The notes beneath the pieces are model-generated. The model was not told the origin of the DNA. It made no database searches and saw only the letters and a program-made list of their open reading frames with translations. From the NCBI GenBank assembly GCA_040081205.1, contig JBEBHE010000001.1, forward strand, positions 1 to 46,041: a stretch of 46,041 nucleotides of DNA. Reading direction: 5' to 3'. The position numbers and the translations under genes are program-made. This DNA comes from Burkholderiales bacterium (GTDB taxonomy: Bacteria > Pseudomonadota > Gammaproteobacteria > Burkholderiales > SG8-41). Shown one piece after another: positions 16,740 through 25,787 of this stretch (positions are counted from its first letter, which is position 1; every line of letters starts with the position of its first letter).

Positions 16740-19700
16740 TCAGGCGTTTTTGATTTTCGGCGAAACTGTCCGTGCCAATCGCTGTACCGCATCGCAAAAT
16801 GCATCCACGGTGTCAGCCTTGAAAATCAATTCACGCACGCCTGCCGCTGCGGCACGCGCCTGTAATATCTCGTCAACGAACCCGCTGGCGATTGCCACTG
16901 GCAGCTCCGCGCGAATTCCCCGCACTTCCCGGGCTACTTCCAGTCCCGACATCCCCGGCATGTTGTAATCGCTCAACACCAGATCGAAGGTGGCAGGCGC
17001 GGCGCGCAATGCCACGAGCGCTTCATGGGCATCGGCGTAGGCACTGACACGGTAACCACGCCGCTCAAGCAGGCGCTTGACCATAAATACCATATCCGCA
17101 TCGTCATCGATGTAAAGCACATGCACGCCCTCGCCCGGGATCGGCGCGTTGCCGGCAAGGGCTGTCGCGCCAGCCTCGGATACGACCAGCGATTCGTTGA
17201 GCGGCAAATAAAGCGTAAAAGTCGCGCCCTTGCCCGGCTCGCTATCCACCACTATCGCACCTTCGTGTTCCTGTGCGATACCATGCACTACCGACAAGCC
17301 CAGTCCGGTACCCTCGCCCACCGCCTTCGTCGTGAAGAACGGCTCAAAGATGCGTTCCCGCTTGACCGCGTCGACACCCGGCCCGCTGTCGCTCACGGCC
17401 AATCGACAGGTGCGCCCTGGCCGCCGGGCGTAAAGGGCGCGCAGCGAGGGTTGCGTTTCTGCAAGGACTGTATCGAGCATCACATTATCGAGCCGAATGC
17501 GAATTCGGCCTGAACCAGCAGGCATCGCCTGCATGGCGTTGGTGACAAGGTTAATGAGGATCTGCTGGATCTGTGTCGCGTCGGCCAGCACGAGGGGCAT
17601 AGCATCGTCGCATTGCACATCGAGACTCAGTCGCGCCGGCAGGGTGGCGCGCAGCAGGCGCACGGTTTCCTCCACAACCGGGATCAGGTTGATCGGCTTG
17701 CGCGCCGTCGCCTGGCGGCGACTGAAGGCAAGTATCTGCCGTACCAAGTCGCGCGCGCGCGCGCTCGCCAGTTGAATTCGTTCCATGCATACCACTGCAT
17801 GGGGAATGTGACTCACATCCTGACGTGCCAGATCAACGTTGCCAAGAATAATCGCGATGATATTATTAAAATCGTGCGCAATACCGCCGGCGAGCGTGCC
17901 AATGGCCTGCATCTTCTGCGATTCACGCAATTGCGCTTCAAGCGACGCACGCGCGGTTTCGGCCTGCTGGCGTTCCGTAATATCGGTGTTGGTGCCGATG
18001 ATGCGTAGCGCGCGGCCACCGACGTCGCGCTCGACCACGCGCCCTCTACTTTGAATCCATAGCCATTCGCCCGTGGCGGATTTCACGCGGTGATCAACAA
18101 CATAAGCGGACACTTCATCTTTCATGCTCTGCACTGCAGCGGCAACAATGCGCTGACGATCCTCCGGATGTGCCAGGGTCAGTAATTCAGCGGTGGTGGT
18201 GGTGGTAGTCGTTTCCGTATTCGTATAGCCGCGCAACGTCGCCCAGTTGCTATCCAGCCAAACTACGCCAATGCGCAGATCGGCCTCCCACACGCTGATG
18301 CGTGAGCCTTCGAGCGCAATATCCAGTCTCTGTGCTGCCTTTCTTATCGCGACTTCAGCACGCTTGCGTTCGCCGATATCGCGCGCAATGGTTGCCAAAC
18401 CGATGGTTTCCCCATTGGCATCCATCACCACGGACACGCTGACCGAGACGTCCCGGCGCGTGCCGTCTTTGTGGAGACGCTCTGTTTCGTGGTTAGATAC
18501 TATACCGCCCGTTTCGAGGGTCACTCTGTTCGACGCCCGTTGCGCCATCAGTTCTGGCGGCACCAGAAAATCGCTATTCCCGCCCATCACTTCATCGGAC
18601 GTATAACCATACAGATGATGAGCGCTGTTGTTCCAATACACAATCCGGTCTTCGACATCGCGGATAAAAATAGCGTCGCTTGATCCCTCCGCGACAGCAG
18701 CCAGCCGGGCACGCTCGGCCTCGGCCTGTTTGCGCGTGGTGATGTCGTGATAAATAAGCGCGACGGCATGCGCGTCGTCCCCCGCCTTACGCCGTATGGG
18801 CGCAGCACTGATGGACACCGCGATCTGGCGTCCATCCTTGGCAAGCCGGATCGATTCATGCGAACGCGCCTGAAAGTTTTGGGCGTTCTCCTGACCAATT
18901 CTCAGTTCGTGACGCAGGGCGGGCGGCGCAAGCACACTGATATCGCGCCCCATCATCTCCCCCGCGCTATAGCCAAACAGTCGTTCAGCACCGCGATTCC
19001 AGCTCAATACTTTACCGCTGCTATCGCGGCTGACAATGGCATCGTTCGACGCATTGACGAGGGCCACCAAGCCGGCGTGATCCGCATCGGCACGCCATAA
19101 CCGACGCAGCAACCCAAACAGCAGCGCTACCAGCAACAGCATAAACAGGCCGGCCATCAGCGAGCGTGTGCGCCAAACCGCGAGCGCATCGTCGCGCGCC
19201 ACGCCGACCGAAACAAAGAACGGGAAGGAATCAAGCGCGTGAGCGCTATAGATGCGTGTTATGCCATCCGTGGCGGCGGTAAGACGGTAGCTCGCGGTGC
19301 GGGCGCCGCCAGTTAATAGGGTTCGTGCCGGCGTGTCCGGCGGCAAGGCCATATTGCGCCTGCCTTTGATCTCCGGCTGGCGCATCACCTGGGTAAAATC
19401 GTCAAGTCGGTAGAGAGCGACAATACCGTTCGCACCAACATCCAGCGACTGAAACAAGGTCTGGAACCGATCCAGCGAGATTGACGCCACGACGACACCA
19501 CGGAACACGCCTTGCTCGTCGCGAACTGCCCTGGCGACGGAGATACCCGGCCGCCCCGTGGCATGCGAATCGATAGCCTCCGAAAATACAATGTCGAGAC
19601 CCGGGTTGTCGCGCAAAGCACGGAAATAGCCGCGATCAAATATGTTGAGTCGCAGCAGGCTGTCGCGGGACGTGTAGATCATGTCGCCACCGATATCAAA

Positions 19701-20015
19701 GACGCCCAAGGCAGCCAGCTCCGGAAACTGTACCAAGCTGGCTTTCAATCCATTGTTTACGTGGTCGTAACGGGACGCCGCCCCCCTGCTCAGCGCCGCA
19801 ACCGGCATCGTGCGCACCAGCTTTTGCAACTCGGCATCAGCACGGCGCAGCGTGGCGTCGAATCGCGCCTCCAATATCGACGCATAACTGCGTGTAGTCG
19901 TCTCCGCGGCTTGTATCGCCGTGCGATAACCCGACCAGATCAGATAGCCCAAAAGCGCCACCACGGCAAGCAAGCCCGCGCCCAAAACAACCAATAGCTT
20001 TCGGTGATCGTTCAT
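16740..20015 (-). CDS. Hybrid sensor histidine kinase (TM - periplasmic Cache-like region - TM - 3x PAS - HisKA - HATPase_c - REC)
   Basis: ORF track, 1091 aa. Hydrophobic segments LLVVLGAGLLAVVALLGYLIW and LMAGLFMLLLVALLFGLL bracket about 270 aa. Repeated PAS/PAC modules (...GRQIAVSISAAPI..., ...GTRRDVSVSVSVV..., ...GEWLWIQSRGRVV...). H-box GGIAHDFNNIIAIILG; NLVTNAMQAM, DSGPGV, GTGLGLSVVHG. Receiver: VLYIDDD...LSDYNMPGMSG. Confidence 0.92.
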   Translation of the reverse strand: MNDHRKLLVVLGAGLLAVVALLGYLIWSGYRTAIQAAETTTRSYASILEARFDATLRRADAELQKLVRTMPVAALSRGAASRYDHVNNGLKASLVQFPELAALGVFDIGGDMIYTSRDSLLRLNIFDRGYFRALRDNPGLDIVFSEAIDSHATGRPGISVARAVRDEQGVFRGVVVASISLDRFQTLFQSLDVGANGIVALYRLDDFTQVMRQPEIKGRRNMALPPDTPARTLLTGGARTASYRLTAATDGITRIYSAHALDSFPFFVSVGVARDDALAVWRTRSLMAGLFMLLLVALLFGLLRRLWRADADHAGLVALVNASNDAIVSRDSSGKVLSWNRGAERLFGYSAGEMMGRDISVLAPPALRHELRIGQENAQNFQARSHESIRLAKDGRQIAVSISAAPIRRKAGDDAHAVALIYHDITTRKQAEAERARLAAVAEGSSDAIFIRDVEDRIVYWNNSAHHLYGYTSDEVMGGNSDFLVPPELMAQRASNRVTLETGGIVSNHETERLHKDGTRRDVSVSVSVVMDANGETIGLATIARDIGERKRAEVAIRKAAQRLDIALEGSRISVWEADLRIGVVWLDSNWATLRGYTNTETTTTTTTAELLTLAHPEDRQRIVAAAVQSMKDEVSAYVVDHRVKSATGEWLWIQSRGRVVERDVGGRALRIIGTNTDITERQQAETARASLEAQLRESQKMQAIGTLAGGIAHDFNNIIAIILGNVDLARQDVSHIPHAVVCMERIQLASARARDLVRQILAFSRRQATARKPINLIPVVEETVRLLRATLPARLSLDVQCDDAMPLVLADATQIQQILINLVTNAMQAMPAGSGRIRIRLDNVMLDTVLAETQPSLRALYARRPGRTCRLAVSDSGPGVDAVKRERIFEPFFTTKAVGEGTGLGLSVVHGIAQEHEGAIVVDSEPGKGATFTLYLPLNESLVVSEAGATALAGNAPIPGEGVHVLYIDDDADMVFMVKRLLERRGYRVSAYADAHEALVALRAAPATFDLVLSDYNMPGMSGLEVAREVRGIRAELPVAIASGFVDEILQARAAAAGVRELIFKADTVDAFCDAVQRLARTVSPKIKNA

Positions 20016-20040
20016 TTATCGCCCCACTACCCCATGCGGC

Positions 20041-20079
20041 AAAATGCCGGATGCACCGCACATTTCGGTGCGGCATTTT
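20041..20079 (-). terminator. A/U-flanked hairpin between the GGDEF gene stop and the hybrid kinase start (terminator or attenuator candidate)
   Basis: AAAATGCC (20041-48) pairs with GGCATTTT (20072-79) and CACCG (20054-58) with CGGTG (20066-70), with an internal bulge. Lies 196 nt after the upstream stop (20275) and only 25 nt before the kinase ATG (20015). Confidence 0.45.
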
Positions 20080-20274
20080 ACCGCTTCTACCCTGCCGCAA
20101 GTAACGCGAATCACACCATTGGGGTCATCGCATAAGGGCAGAAAGACGCACGCCAAAAGCCTCACGGCACCGACGAAAGGGAACCACTGGAATAGGATTT
20201 TTTGCGTCTCCTGCGCGTCTTAGTGCTTCTACGGCGGGGCAGTCAATCCGGATCAGCCTGTTGCAGGCAAGCAG

Positions 20275-22497
20275 CTACATCGTGGCGTGCGCCCGCTCTG
20301 CGACCTCCTCCTTATGCAGCGGCACTACGACACCCGACCATGCAGAATCGGATATTGCCGCTAAAGGGGTGGCAACCACAAGCCGGTCACGTCCGCCGTG
20401 CTTGGCGCCGTACAACGCCGCATCGGCTGTATGTATAAGCGCTTCGCCACTCACACCGTTTTCAGGATAAATGGCAAGTCCCAGGGAAATCGTAATTGGC
20501 GGAAGCGTTTGTCCTGCGAACTTCACCTCCATATTACGCACCGCCTCCCTTAACCGTTCACCCCATTCGATTGCGCCGGTTGCCGGCGTGTCGTGCAAAA
20601 GCACAGTAAATTCCTCTCCGCCATAACGTGCCACAAGATCGCTTTGGCGTGCCGTTTTCCTGAGTACGCGACCCAGCGCCTGAAGAACCGCATCGCCACC
20701 TTCATGCCCGAACTGATCGTTAAAGCGCTTAAAATGATCCACATCGACCATCAACACCGCCAGGGGTTTTTTGTTGCGTAATGCGCGTGCAACTTCGCAT
20801 TCTAGTGATTCCTCGAGGTAGCGGCGGTTGTGCAAACCCGTAAGCGCATCACGTATCGACTGTTCCCGCAAGCTCGTACGCAGTTTGAGGTTGGCCAATG
20901 CCAGCGCAATCTGATCGGCAAGGCGCTGCACGCGCTGCAGCTCCGCTTCCGGTAATGTGGATCCTTCGTCGGGAGCGAAAGTGACATGCAACAGGCCGAG
21001 CGACACACCATGCGCCATCATCGGCACGCACAAGTATTTCAGATGACTCGCGTCGGCATGTACATGGGCGCAATAAATGTCCTGCTGCGGATGAGTCGCC
21101 GCGTAAACAGCACCACGACGCATACCCCAGCATTCGTCGGGGTCCATCACCTCTGGATACGGCGTCCCCCCCCAATGCGCCAGGCCATGAAGACGGTTTA
21201 GCGAGGCGGCGGTCAGATAGATTATCCCGCTGTGCGGCGCAAGCACCTGCTGCGCCAGCAATGCCAGTATTTCACCCGCTTCCCGCATATCGCTGGCCGT
21301 TTGCAACAAATTTGACATCTTTGTAATCTGGGCTGCTTCGAGATTTCGCTTCTCCAATCCCGCATTCATTCCGCGGATCGCCTCTTCGGCGTGTCGGCGG
21401 GCTAGCACCATTTCCCTGAAGGATTGTGACAGCGCACTGAATTCGCCCTGTGACACCACTTCGTCTGCTCCCACAAACTCACCGTGGGCCATAGCCTGCG
21501 TCACCTCGCGCAGGCGATTCACCGGAACCGTGACTCCGCGGTACACCGCTACCCCGACCCCTGCACCTAGTGCGGCTCCGCCCAGCAACAGCGCAATCAG
21601 CGCAACGTTCATCCATTTAGCGACAGCCACCAGCCTGTTCTCTGCCACCGTCATTTCAGATCTCACAATGGTCTGTATTTCGTATTCCAGGAGATCGTCC
21701 ATCTCGCGGCGAGCGCGCACAAAATCCCCGATAACCTGCCTATTCATAGCGAACAAAACCAGCGCCTCATCAATGGTTGCCTTAGCCGTGGTGAGGTGAC
21801 GTTCGAACTGGTTCATCCACTCCTGTTCCTGAGGGGAAAGCGGAGTACGAAGATATCGTTGATGGTGACTCGCAATGGTCAGCAAAGCCTTGCGCACCCG
21901 CATCTCCGAAGCAGAATCAAAACTGCTAGCGAAATCCATATAGTTCGCCTGTAGATCATTTAAGCTCATTTTCATCTGCCGTGCGGCATCACGCTTCTCG
22001 ATGGCTTGCGGAGTAACCGCAGTGATTGCGGGCAAAATACTGGTGTCGTGCAATTCAGCTAACTCATTGAAACTCGCGCGCAAGTCAAGCGCCCTCCGCG
22101 CCTGAGCGTCACTGTTCCTGATCAACTGGTTAGCAAGATCTCTGTAACGGGCAAAAGCCGTGTTCGCTTTAACACCCTGCGCACGCAACTGCGGCGTTTG
22201 CGCCAGCGTCTCGTATTGCCCGTGATAGCTGGTAAATTTATCCAATGCGACAGAAATCTCCGCGACATGCAAGGGTTCCCGATTGTGAAGATAGCTCATG
22301 ACCGAGAAGCCGGCATCAACCAGACTGAGCTGCATTTCCAGCGCAGAGGCTTTCAGCGGCACCGCGACCGTAGTCACCTGCGTTAAGTTATTGCCAACCA
22401 GCCGGGCTTGCAAATAGGCAACGAACGCGGCAATGGCGAAAAGGCTCATCATGGCGCTGCCGCCAAGGATCAGTTTATTGCGAATAGACCACTGCAT
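20275..22497 (-). CDS. Membrane diguanylate cyclase (TM - helical periplasmic sensor - TM/HAMP - GAF-like - GGEEF)
   Basis: ORF track, 740 aa. TM segments GGSAMMSLFAIAAFVAYL and VALIALLLGGAALGAGVGVAVY flank about 290 helical residues. GGDEF domain: ALTGLHNRRYL...LMVDVDHFKRFNDQFGHEGGDAVL...RQSDLVARYGGEEFTVLL...ADAALYGAKHGGRDRL. Confidence 0.9.
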   Translation of the reverse strand: MQWSIRNKLILGGSAMMSLFAIAAFVAYLQARLVGNNLTQVTTVAVPLKASALEMQLSLVDAGFSVMSYLHNREPLHVAEISVALDKFTSYHGQYETLAQTPQLRAQGVKANTAFARYRDLANQLIRNSDAQARRALDLRASFNELAELHDTSILPAITAVTPQAIEKRDAARQMKMSLNDLQANYMDFASSFDSASEMRVRKALLTIASHHQRYLRTPLSPQEQEWMNQFERHLTTAKATIDEALVLFAMNRQVIGDFVRARREMDDLLEYEIQTIVRSEMTVAENRLVAVAKWMNVALIALLLGGAALGAGVGVAVYRGVTVPVNRLREVTQAMAHGEFVGADEVVSQGEFSALSQSFREMVLARRHAEEAIRGMNAGLEKRNLEAAQITKMSNLLQTASDMREAGEILALLAQQVLAPHSGIIYLTAASLNRLHGLAHWGGTPYPEVMDPDECWGMRRGAVYAATHPQQDIYCAHVHADASHLKYLCVPMMAHGVSLGLLHVTFAPDEGSTLPEAELQRVQRLADQIALALANLKLRTSLREQSIRDALTGLHNRRYLEESLECEVARALRNKKPLAVLMVDVDHFKRFNDQFGHEGGDAVLQALGRVLRKTARQSDLVARYGGEEFTVLLHDTPATGAIEWGERLREAVRNMEVKFAGQTLPPITISLGLAIYPENGVSGEALIHTADAALYGAKHGGRDRLVVATPLAAISDSAWSGVVVPLHKEEVAERAHATM

Positions 22498-22815
22498 AGC
22501 GGTTCGCCTTCCTGTTACGGCAACTGCATTCTCCGTGCGGCAAGTACCGTCTGTCTTTTAACGGCAGCAAGAATGAAAACCTGAACTGCGACGGCTGGTT
22601 TTTCGCGCGCAGTGCGGCACTGCGCTACGCAAGACACTAAATTCCTCGTAGCGGCTGCAGCAAGTGACGCGAGCACTCTCGCGCTTACGTTCGCCATGTC
22701 GGGTCTTTTCAGTTGAGTCATGCAACTGCCATTTGTCGAGATATTGTTGTGCATCGGACGCGAATTTTATGGTTGGATTACGGATTGGAAAGCGATTAAG
22801 TTTCCAATGGGCATC

Positions 22816-23391
22816 CTAAAATCCGCGGCTTTCGAGCAAATCATCGACCTGGCTCTGGCTGGTCACCACGTCGTCCCTCCCTTGACCGCGAATAACTGGC
22901 TCGGCAAGCATGGATTCAACGATTTCTTTGCGCCGGACCGGCGGACTTGCATCCAGCAGCAACTTGACGAGTTGCTCTTCAAGCGACTGGGCAAGCTGGG
23001 TAATGCGCTGTATCACTAACCCGGTAAGGTCATGGAAATACTTTGCGAGCATGATCTCGCCGAGTTCGCCGTCGATCTGGACCGACCGTACCTGCGCCAC
23101 GGCAACAATATCCTCTTTCTTCGCTTCCGCAGTCCCCATCAGCACCGGCAGCGATTTCAGCGGATTGTCTGCGCGGATCTGACGCAGCAGGTCAAGGCCG
23201 TTCATGTTCGGCATGTTGATATCAGACACCACAAAACCGAATCCGCCGCCTTACAGCATTTTAGGGACCACTTGCCCGTCCTCGGCTTCATCAGCGTTTT
23301 GATGGTCAATTTCCGTGAGAAGATTGCGCACAATGCGGTGCATGGTCGCAAAGTCGTCAACAATCAGGAATTTCAGTTCTGCTGCACTTAT
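22816..23391 (-). pseudogene. cheY: Fused cheY-cheZ relic: cheY (ATA at the start position, in-frame TAA) joined by deletion to the last ~90 codons of cheZ
   Basis: Hand translation of comp. 23391->22816: [99 protein letters not shown] | [41 protein letters not shown]...[17 protein letters not shown]. The first part is collinear with CheY, the second with the CheZ C-terminus. Confidence 0.8.
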
Positions 23392-23535
23392 GGCGTCCTC
23401 TTCTCGTTATGGGTTGCGCGAGAACCGCCTGCTATAGCGCCTTGCCAACGCGGGAAACGCGTATCAATACCGGGGCGAGCGTCGCTGCAACCCGCAAAAC
23501 ACGCACAAGGCATAAACAATGTTCTCATGTGGTGG

Positions 23536-23562
23536 TTAACGGTGGCTTGGCGAAAAACTTAA
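23536..23562 (-). promoter_or_regulatory. Sigma-28-like promoter candidate upstream of the cheY relic
   Basis: Minus strand reads TTAAGTTT (comp. 23555-23562), 11-nt spacer, ACCGTTAA (comp. 23536-23543): 7/8 and 6/8 matches to TAAAGTTT-N11-GCCGATAA. Confidence 0.4.
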
Positions 23563-23612
23563 GCACAGACATTCGTCGATGACGCCGGCAGCAGCGTTAT
23601 TCAGAGCGCCCG

Positions 23613-23942
23613 TTAAACCTGCATATTCATGATTTCGTGATATGCCGATACCAACCGGTTACGCACCTGCACGGTTTGCTGAAAAGAAATATTGGCTTTC
23701 TGGATCGACACCATGACATCGGGCAGATTGGCGCCGGGGGTGCCCAACTCGAAGTCCTTCGCGATTTGACTGGCTTTTTGCTGCGTGCTGCTCACATGCT
23801 CCAGCGACGCCTTGAGTACTGCGGCAAAATCCGTCGATGCGGCGCCGCCGGCGGCAGCGCGGGTCGTTTCGCCACTGATACCGGCACGTGCCGCGGCGGC
23901 ACGCAATTGCACAAGCACTTGATCGAGCGCTTTGGTTTCCAT
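23613..23942 (-). CDS. fliE: Flagellar hook-basal body complex protein FliE
   Basis: ORF track 23613..23978 trimmed to ATG 23942 (AGGAGA upstream). ...[30 protein letters not shown]...[36 protein letters not shown]. Confidence 0.93.
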   Translation of the reverse strand: [109 protein letters not shown]

Positions 23943-24173
23943 TGTCGTCTCCTGCGTGACTGGGCTGCGGCCCTGCATCGGCCACCCGGTGAACCGGCGT
24001 AACGTCTATCACGGTGACGCAGCATAGACGTCCGACGCCCGCCCGCAGGCAATAAATAGGCCGTAAAAACCCGCGCTGTCCTGCGCTTTCGGCGTTATGG
24101 GTTTGTCCATAATCCCACCACGCGCCGCACATACGGCTTTGCTGTACCCAGCGCTTTTAACAGAGGACTTCCG

Positions 24174-25787
24174 GTGGACGCCACGTCACAAGCTCTTGCT
24201 CCTTCCATGCAGCGATCATTTCAGCTGTTTAACCCGCAGCGCATCGGCTTCTTGATGACGCTCGCTACCACTATCGCGGTGTTGTTCGCTGGCTATATGT
24301 GGAGCCAGACGCCTGATTACCGGGTGGTCTACGGCAATCTGTCGGACCGCGACGGGGGCGCCGTGATCGCCGCGCTTCAGCAGATGAATATTCCTTACAA
24401 GTTCGCCGACGGCGGCGCACTATCGGTGCCGTCGAATCAGGTACATGAAGTACGTCTGCGCCTCGCCGGGCAAGGCCTGCCCAAAGGCGGGCTTATCGGA
24501 TTTGAGTTAATGGAGAGCCAGAAATTCGGCACCAGCCAGTTCGCCGAGCAAATCAACTACCAGCGCGGACTTGAAGGAGAGCTTGCCCGTTCGATACAAA
24601 CGCTGTCATCCGTGCAAAGCGCGCGCGTGCATCTGGCACTGACAAAGCAGTCGGCGTTTCTGCGAGAACATTCCAAGCCCAGCGCATCGGTGGTGCTGGG
24701 CCTTTTCCCGGGACGCACGCTCGATGCCACTCAGGTAAGCGCCGTCGTTCACCTGATCAGCAACAGCGTGCCGGACTTGCCGGTGAAAAACGTCAGTATT
24801 GTCGATCAGCACGGAAATCTATTGAGTGCGGAGCGCGGCGGATCTTCACACAACACGCTGGACCCAACGCAGATCAAATACCGCCACGATCTTGAGCAAA
24901 GTTTTATCAGCCGGATTGAATCGATCATCTCACCACTGACGGGCCCACAAAACGTGCGCGCACAGGTTACGGCCGACCTTGATTTCACGCATAGCGAACA
25001 CGCCGAGGAAATCTACAAACCGAACCAGACCGCCGACGCCGCCGTTCGCAGCAAACAGACCAGCGAATCGAATGCTGGCGGCGCCGTCGCAGGCGGTGTG
25101 CCCGGCGCGTTATCCAACCAGCCGCCCTCACAACCTACGGCGCCCATAACGGCAACGGGCGCAGCGGCCCCCGCCAATACGACGAGTGCAGGCGCTGCCG
25201 GCAACGGGCGCAAGGACGCAACCGTTAACTACGAGGTCGATAAAACCATACGGCATACGCGGCAAGAACTCGGCAGGGTGAAGCGGCTGGCGGTAGCCGT
25301 TGTCGTCAATCACCGGTCCCGCACCGACACCAAAGGCAAGGTGACACAGGTGCCTTTGAGTGAAGCGGATATTGCCAAGATCACGAACCTCGTCAGGGAG
25401 GTGATGGGCTACAACAAAGAGCGTGGCGACACTGTGAGTGTTATCAATAGCGCGTTCAATGTGCGGGAGAAAGAAAAATTTGCCGAGGTTCCGCTATGGA
25501 AGGATCCGGAAAACGTTGATCTCGCCAAGATCATCGGCAAGAACACACTGATCGCTGCCGTGCTGCTGTTCCTGGTACTCGGAGTGCTGCGCCCGATGCT
25601 CAAGAGCTATGGCACGGCGGCGCTTGCGCTACCGTCGCGGCAAATGGAACCGACTATCGGTGAAACGCAACCGCAACAACTAGCCAGTTATGAGCAGCAC
25701 GTCGATCAGGCAAAGCAGATCGCGCGCGCCGATCCGAAAGCAGTCGCCAATGTGGTGAAAGACTGGGTAGCCAGCAATGGAAAATGA
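24174..25787 (+). CDS. fliF: Flagellar MS-ring protein
   Basis: ORF track, 537 aa. GTG start 6 nt after AGAGGA. ...PDYRVVYGNLSDRDGGAVIAALQQMNIPYKF...GQGLPKGG..GFELM...FAEQINYQRGLEGELARSIQTLSSVQSARVHLAL. Confidence 0.96.
   Translation: MDATSQALAPSMQRSFQLFNPQRIGFLMTLATTIAVLFAGYMWSQTPDYRVVYGNLSDRDGGAVIAALQQMNIPYKFADGGALSVPSNQVHEVRLRLAGQGLPKGGLIGFELMESQKFGTSQFAEQINYQRGLEGELARSIQTLSSVQSARVHLALTKQSAFLREHSKPSASVVLGLFPGRTLDATQVSAVVHLISNSVPDLPVKNVSIVDQHGNLLSAERGGSSHNTLDPTQIKYRHDLEQSFISRIESIISPLTGPQNVRAQVTADLDFTHSEHAEEIYKPNQTADAAVRSKQTSESNAGGAVAGGVPGALSNQPPSQPTAPITATGAAAPANTTSAGAAGNGRKDATVNYEVDKTIRHTRQELGRVKRLAVAVVVNHRSRTDTKGKVTQVPLSEADIAKITNLVREVMGYNKERGDTVSVINSAFNVREKEKFAEVPLWKDPENVDLAKIIGKNTLIAAVLLFLVLGVLRPMLKSYGTAALALPSRQMEPTIGETQPQQLASYEQHVDQAKQIARADPKAVANVVKDWVASNGK

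Noticed and set aside
20136-20167. Plus-strand GGGCAGAAAGACGCACGCCAAAAGCCTCACGG, reminiscent of the GACGCAAAGCC core of c-di-GMP-I (GEMM) riboswitches
   Set aside because: It is on the wrong strand, since both flanking genes are on the minus strand. The match is interrupted by extra bases, and I could not identify the P1/P2 and tetraloop-receptor elements. An Infernal scan is still worthwhile, but I would not call it.
22498-22815. Small ORFs 22515..22754 (-) and 22720..23019 (+) in the spacer between the cheZ relic and the membrane GGEEF gene
   Set aside because: They have no motifs, signal peptide or RBS. One is largely antisense to the cheZ relic. The region is more simply the promoter/leader of the GGEEF gene.
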